Below, piece by piece: positions 59,198 through 64,000 of a stretch of 64,000 nt of DNA. Positions within the stretch are counted from its first letter, which is position 1, and each line of letters opens with the position of its first letter. This stretch comes from Spirochaetaceae bacterium (lineage in GTDB: Bacteria; Spirochaetota; Spirochaetia; DSM-2461), in assembly GCA_965224705.1 (NCBI GenBank), contig OZ245056.1, positions 928,001 to 992,000 of the forward strand, written 5' to 3'. The position numbers were made by a program, and so were the translations under genes. Below the pieces are notes generated by a model. That model searched no databases. It saw only the letters and a program-made list of their open reading frames with translations, and was not told the origin of the DNA.

Positions 59198-59335
59198 AGG
59201 CGCCTCTAAAAAACCCGCTTGCGGAATCTGGCGCAGAGATTTTTTACTAATACAAGGCGACAAAAGCTCAAGCTAGCTTAAGCTGCGTGAGCATTTTGGC
59301 AGCGCAGCAGCAGTGGTAAAGATCAAGCCAGAAGC
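59198..59335 (+). mobile_element. Truncated, diverged MITE family B copy
   Basis: AGGCGCCTCTAAAAAACCCGC...CAAGGCGACAAAAGC...GTGAGCATTTTGGC...GATCAAGCCAGAA matches 36130-36265; right TIR missing. Confidence 0.8.
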
Positions 59336-59631
59336 AGTCATGCCTAATGCCGCATTTTAGCGAAAACTGAATCCATACAGATTCCGGTCTGCATTATTGT
59401 ATCCAGTTTTTGCTGTATGCGTCGGACTTGTTTGCATACATTGCAGCTTTTTGAGTGTCGTTTTGGACCATTGAGTTTTCCCGCAGGTATTCACACAGCA
59501 TAAGCATCGCCCCTAAACGCAAGGCATAGCCATCCTGTACCGCATACATAGCTCCATAAATTTGAAAATCCTCAAAATGGTTTCACAGAAGGTGAAACCT
59601 AAATGCGCAAATAGGGGCTAAAATATCTCCG

Positions 59632-60726
59632 CTAGCGGTCCACCCGAGCTCCCCCTCCGGACACAAGCTTTTCCACCTCCGCGAGGGAGGCTGTGGAAGT
59701 GTCCCCGGAGGTTGTCATGGCCAGGGCACCGTGGGCGGCCCCGTAGTTCACACAGTCCTGGGGCGGCCTCCCCGTCAGAAAACCGTAGATCAAGCCGGAA
59801 GCAAAGGAATCGCCGCCGCCCACCCGGTCGAGGATTTCAAGGTTTTCCCATCCCATGGATTCATGAAATGCCCCTTCACAGTACAATAATGCTCTCCAAT
59901 CATTTAAGGTGGCCGTCCTGACTTCCCGCAGAGTGGCCGCCACCGCCTTGAAATTCGGATAGGCATCAACCGCCCGTTTCATCATCCGGCGATAGCTTTC
60001 AATCTTCAGATTGTTCACATCCCCCTCATCGACGGGTATACCCAGGGCGGCGGAGAAGTCCTCTTCGTTGCCCAGCATAACATCCACCAGCGGGGCTATC
60101 CGGCGATTGACCTCCTGGGCCCGGGGCTGTCCTCCCCTAAACTGCCACAGAGAGGGCCGATAGTTAAGATCGTAGCTCACGATGGTTCCCGCTGCTTTGG
60201 CGGCCTTCATCGCTTCAATGCTTATCTCGGCGGTGGTATCCGAGAGAGCGGCAAAAATACCACCGCAGTGGAACCAGCGTACCCCCTCGTTCCCGAAAAG
60301 GCTTCTCCAATCCACGTCTCCGGGCTTCAGGGCGGAGGCGGCCGTATGTCCCCGGTCAGATACTCCTTTGGCCCCCCTTATGCCAAATCCCCTCTCCACG
60401 AAGTTCAAGCCCTGCCTGGCGGAAAGACCCATCCCATCATAGGGATACCATTTTGCCCTGGAGATATCCACTCCTCCCTGAAAAAGGAGGTCCTCCAGAA
60501 GATATCCCAGTTCGTTTTCAGGAATCCCCGTGATGACAGTGCTGCGCTGACCGAAACAGCGTTTCAATCCTCTCATGACATTGTACTCACCGCCTCCTTC
60601 CCATACATTGAAGGAACGGGCCGTCCTTACCCTTCCTTCTCCGGGATCGAAGCGGAGCATGATTTCCCCCATGGCGGCGGCATCCCAACGGCACTCGGAT
60701 GATGGACGGATTTTTAGTTTATCCAT
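59632..60726 (-). CDS. kdgK: 2-keto-3-deoxy sugar acid kinase (PfkB family)
   Basis: GEIMLR.DP, GGGEYNV, SYDLNYRPSLW, GNEEDF, DRVGGGDSF; start at MDKLK after GGAGGA. Confidence 0.9.
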   Translation of the reverse strand: MDKLKIRPSSECRWDAAAMGEIMLRFDPGEGRVRTARSFNVWEGGGEYNVMRGLKRCFGQRSTVITGIPENELGYLLEDLLFQGGVDISRAKWYPYDGMGLSARQGLNFVERGFGIRGAKGVSDRGHTAASALKPGDVDWRSLFGNEGVRWFHCGGIFAALSDTTAEISIEAMKAAKAAGTIVSYDLNYRPSLWQFRGGQPRAQEVNRRIAPLVDVMLGNEEDFSAALGIPVDEGDVNNLKIESYRRMMKRAVDAYPNFKAVAATLREVRTATLNDWRALLYCEGAFHESMGWENLEILDRVGGGDSFASGLIYGFLTGRPPQDCVNYGAAHGALAMTTSGDTSTASLAEVEKLVSGGGARVDR

Positions 60727-61708
60727 GATTTTTTCCTCCACTGGCAGGGATTTTGAACACCGGATGCAAGGCCTCTTCACCCCGCAAAACCCTGACCACT
60801 TCCTCAGCGGCCCTCCGTTTTAGATCAGTTTTGGCCTCCTCCGAATACCAGGCCGCATGGGGTGTCAGAACAACATGCGGAAACTTTCTCAACGGACTAT
60901 CCTTTTCAAGGGGTTCAACCTCGCAAACATCGATTCCTGCACCGGCCAGCTGCCCGTTTTCCAGAGCCTCGACCAGCGCATTCTGATCCACAAGTCCACC
61001 CCGGGCGGTATTGATGAGAACCGAGCCTTTTTTCATTTTCCGGAAGCTTTCCCGATTAAACAGGTGGTAAGTATCCTCCGTCAGGGGAGCATGGAGGCTT
61101 ATTGCATCGGATTGGGATAGAAGGGTGTCAAAATCGACGTGTTCGATGTCCTGCTGAGCGATGAGATCAGGGTCCATGAAGGGATCGGCGGCTATCACGC
61201 GGAAGCCGAAAGCCCTTGCCTTCCGCGCCGTCTCCGCGCCGATGCGGCCGCATCCGGTCAAACCAAGGGTGAGGGTGGACAGACGCCGCAGGGGAACCGC
61301 TTTTTTCACATCCCAGATACCGTTCTTTACCTGACTGTTCAGAAAGGACACCTTTCTCAGAACGTTCAAAAGCAGGGTAAGCGTGTGGTCGGAAACCTCC
61401 GCGACCCCGTAGTCGGGGACATTGGCAACCACCACCCCATGCCGTGCAGCCGAATCAAGATCGATGGAATCGACACCGACACCGTATCGGGCAATGACTT
61501 TGAGCTTCTTCAATGCCTGAAAAACCCCTTCGGTGATCGGCGCATATTGAACGATGAGCGCGTCCGCATCCTTTGCCTGGGCGATAAGCTCCGATTCAGT
61601 ACGGCATTGAAGGGGGATGAGGGCCGCGTCAATCGTGGAGATTACCGCTTCCTCTTCTTTGAGCGAAGCGTAGTCGAAATCGGTGACATAGATGGAATAT
61701 CGGTTCAT
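60719..61708 (-). CDS. D-2-hydroxyacid dehydrogenase family protein
   Basis: ARYGVGVD, NVPDY...EV.DH, GCGRIG, INTARGG, LTPH.AWYS. Confidence 0.92.
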   Translation of the reverse strand: MNRYSIYVTDFDYASLKEEEAVISTIDAALIPLQCRTESELIAQAKDADALIVQYAPITEGVFQALKKLKVIARYGVGVDSIDLDSAARHGVVVANVPDYGVAEVSDHTLTLLLNVLRKVSFLNSQVKNGIWDVKKAVPLRRLSTLTLGLTGCGRIGAETARKARAFGFRVIAADPFMDPDLIAQQDIEHVDFDTLLSQSDAISLHAPLTEDTYHLFNRESFRKMKKGSVLINTARGGLVDQNALVEALENGQLAGAGIDVCEVEPLEKDSPLRKFPHVVLTPHAAWYSEEAKTDLKRRAAEEVVRVLRGEEALHPVFKIPASGGKNHG

Positions 61709-62808
61709 GCGTCTTTCTCCACCTGGAATTCATCCAGTTTCTCCCAATCGAATTCAACGCCGATGCCCGGGGAATCCGGTGCCCGGGCGATGCCGTCTTC
61801 CACCCTTACCGGATATTGCGTGTATTGATCGATGAAAAAAGAATGGATTTCCATGTATCCCGCGTGGGGCATGGCGGCCAGAAGACTCACATGGAGTTCC
61901 TGCATGCCGTGGGTACAGACCGGAAGGTGAAAACATTTGGCCAGAGCGGCCACCCTCAGCCAGCCGGTGATGCCGCCGACGTTGGACGCATCGGGGGTGG
62001 GGTAGGCTATCCGCCCGTACTGCATGGCCAGACGGTGCTGGTTTTCAGAATGAAGATTCTCTCCCATGGCGAGTGATAGTGCACAGCGGCGGTTCAGTTC
62101 CCTGTATCCGTCAAAATGACGGGGATTCAGCGGTTCTTCCAGCCAGTAGATGTTCTGTCTTTGCAGCTCCGGCGCGGCCTTCAGCACCGTTGGAATATCC
62201 CAGGACGCATTGGCATCGATCATGAAATCTCTTTCCGGGCCAATCATCTCACGGACAGCACGCACCCTCTGAAGATCTTCCTCCAGGTTTTTTTTGCCGA
62301 CCTTGATTTTCACCGCCCTATGCCCTGCCTCAAGCTGAGCTTGAAGGCTGGACAGAAGCTCTTCCTGGGTGAACCCAAGATCAATACCCCCGTAATAGCA
62401 GTTTACCTCCCTGTGTTGACCCCCGATCATCCGCCACAGAGGCAATCCCGCCGCCCGGCACCGGAGATCCCAGAGGGCAATATCCACCGCTGAGATCGCG
62501 AAGGAGGAAATACCTCCCCGACCGACATAGTTGACCCGGACCGTCATTTCTTCGGTCAGATTTTCCACGGCCGCCGCATCCTTCCCCAGAATCACCGGGA
62601 TGATATCGTCCTGAATCATCGCCCGGATGGCCCTGCCGCCGAATCCGCCGGTGTAGGTGTAACCGGTTCCCATCAGACCGTTTTCCAGTTCCACCGTCGC
62701 GGTCAGTATCTCAAAATGGGTCTGTTCACCGTGTTCCGCATCGACAAGAGGAAGCTCCAGAGGAATGCGGTAATGACCCACCCTCACATCTTTAATCGTT
62801 CTTTCCAT
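61705..62808 (-). CDS. Enolase-superfamily (mandelate racemase subgroup) enzyme resembling 3,6-anhydrogalactonate cycloisomerase
   Basis: KIKVG, MIDAN, WLEEP, MGENLH; family-like segments DA.HG...HFE, GTGYTYTGG.GG, YVGRGG, PDASN.GGITGW, CTHGMQELHVSL, EIHSF. Confidence 0.85.
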   Translation of the reverse strand: MERTIKDVRVGHYRIPLELPLVDAEHGEQTHFEILTATVELENGLMGTGYTYTGGFGGRAIRAMIQDDIIPVILGKDAAAVENLTEEMTVRVNYVGRGGISSFAISAVDIALWDLRCRAAGLPLWRMIGGQHREVNCYYGGIDLGFTQEELLSSLQAQLEAGHRAVKIKVGKKNLEEDLQRVRAVREMIGPERDFMIDANASWDIPTVLKAAPELQRQNIYWLEEPLNPRHFDGYRELNRRCALSLAMGENLHSENQHRLAMQYGRIAYPTPDASNVGGITGWLRVAALAKCFHLPVCTHGMQELHVSLLAAMPHAGYMEIHSFFIDQYTQYPVRVEDGIARAPDSPGIGVEFDWEKLDEFQVEKDA

Positions 62809-62827
62809 ATTTTCAGTCCTGTCTGCC

Positions 62828-63090
62828 TTACTTGTTCATCAAAAGATTAGGAAGAAATGTGACCAAAAGAAGCACAACAACCAGCATGAGGCTCAGCCCG
62901 ATAATGATTCCCGGAAGAATCCCTCCGAACAGCAGGCGGCCGATCGATGTTCCGCTGACGATCCCAAAGATGACCGGGGGAATGCTCGGCGGAACGATGG
63001 GGGCCACCGTGGACGAGGTAGCGGTGATGCCCGCAGAATAGTCCCGGTCATAACCGGCATCCAGCATCGCCTTCATTTCAATCTGTCCGA
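62828..63090 (-). pseudogene. Internally deleted dctM remnant
   Basis: AGYDRDYSAGITATSSTVAPIVPPSIP...GGILPG joined directly to a terminal TM. Confidence 0.8.
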
Positions 63091-63129
63091 AGAGCTGCTC
63101 ACTTCTTCCGTAGCTGTGTTCAAACTCCA

Positions 63130-63701
63130 TTTTGATCTCATTATTTTTCTCCTGTTCGCATAATTCTCAGCGTGCGTAAGACATTACCTCAACTGGTTAC
63201 CGACCATTCGGTGACAAACAGTTCCTCAAGAGCGGGCCGGGCCGCTTCCACAAAAGCTTCGGGGAGGGCGACAGGGGTCGGCAGGAACCCAATCTGCTGG
63301 AACATCTTCACCCAGGATGGAATCTGGGAAACCCGAAGTTTCAGGCCCGCAGCATCTTTGGGCTTGTTGATGGGCACGTTCGCCGCCAACTGACGGACAC
63401 CTCTTTCATAGACTTCCATGGCACGCAGGTGACAACCTGAGCGGAGTCAGGTTTAACAGCCTGTACGATGTCCTTTTCCCCTCCCATCGATCCGGAGTGG
63501 AATACCTTGACTTCAATCTGACCCTGGCCAAGTTCTTCCACTTTGTTCTTGAAGGCCATGACGGTGACATAGGACTCGTCCCCTTCCGGATAGGTAGTGA
63601 CAACCGAAATGGAGATTGGTTTGTTTTCCTGTTCACCCTCTCCCCCGGCGAAAGCCATCGGTCGATGGTGAACGCCAGTAATAAAAAAAAGTGTTTTTCA
63701 T
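63130..63701 (-). pseudogene. Frameshifted and deleted dctP remnant
   Basis: Signal-peptide pieces in different frames (A8 tract at 63683-63690), FKNKVEE...GGEKDI, YERGVRQL...GLKLRV in another frame. Confidence 0.78.
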
Positions 63702-64000
63702 GGAACACCTTCTTAATATAATAGGATATTGTCAACATTTGATTGTCAGTTATCAACAACTGGAATGAAATTTTTTGGCTAAAAGTTAAAAAATCCTCAA
63801 AATACTAATCGGGTGTTGAGTGTTTTGTCCAGGGAGGGGGTTTTGGGTCTGGGAATGGGTGAATGGGGCGGCTGGGAGACGGACGGTGGGGGGGTAGGGG
63901 AGAAACTGGCTACTGGAGATTAGTCGTTTCACCTAACGGTGGTCATTGACTGCTACTCCCGCAAACTCCTTTCCTGGGGGACTCCTCTTCGCTGGTTAAA

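Noticed and set aside
2355..59335. CRISPR array
   Set aside because: The repeats are dispersed 150-290 bp elements with TIRs, not short regularly spaced repeats; no cas genes are present.
63931..64000. Integron attC site (ACCTAAC...GTTAAA)
   Set aside because: Arm complementarity within the window is poor, there is no cassette ORF or integrase, and the sequence is cut by the window edge; unresolved.

Overview
Chromosomal window from a spirochaete; cfpA and its Treponema-like gene neighbours point to Spirochaetales. The left ~19 kb is mostly core genes: radA, ackA, a DJ-1 protein, pgeF, a DEAD-box helicase, tRNA-Pro(GGG) and a LysM-protein/cfpA/hypothetical/ppdK-like cluster. The middle holds a class III cyclase, a sigma-54 regulon (symporter plus CoA-transferase), an osmoprotectant ABC transporter and a decaying tandem array of Rpn (PD-(D/E)XK) genes. 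The right ~28 kb looks like a 3,6-anhydrogalactose catabolic locus split by two insertions: a restriction-modification cassette whose endonuclease carries nested MITE and IS1380 insertions, and an ~11 kb TRAP/catabolic island bounded by a 225-bp duplication of the kdgK 3' end. Main hypotheses: (1) a PPDK with a degenerate ATP-grasp domain plus an HPr-like protein next to cfpA forms a PEP-driven phosphorelay; (2) the island encodes an oxygen-independent cyclitol-acid (quinate-like) ring-cleavage pathway; (3) two MITE families with different ends share one structured core, one inserts in frame, and a long form carries CsrA-type GGA hairpins; (4) the Rpn array keeps intragenic antitoxin modules while the toxin parts decay. 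All protein calls rest on motif recognition by eye, not database searches.
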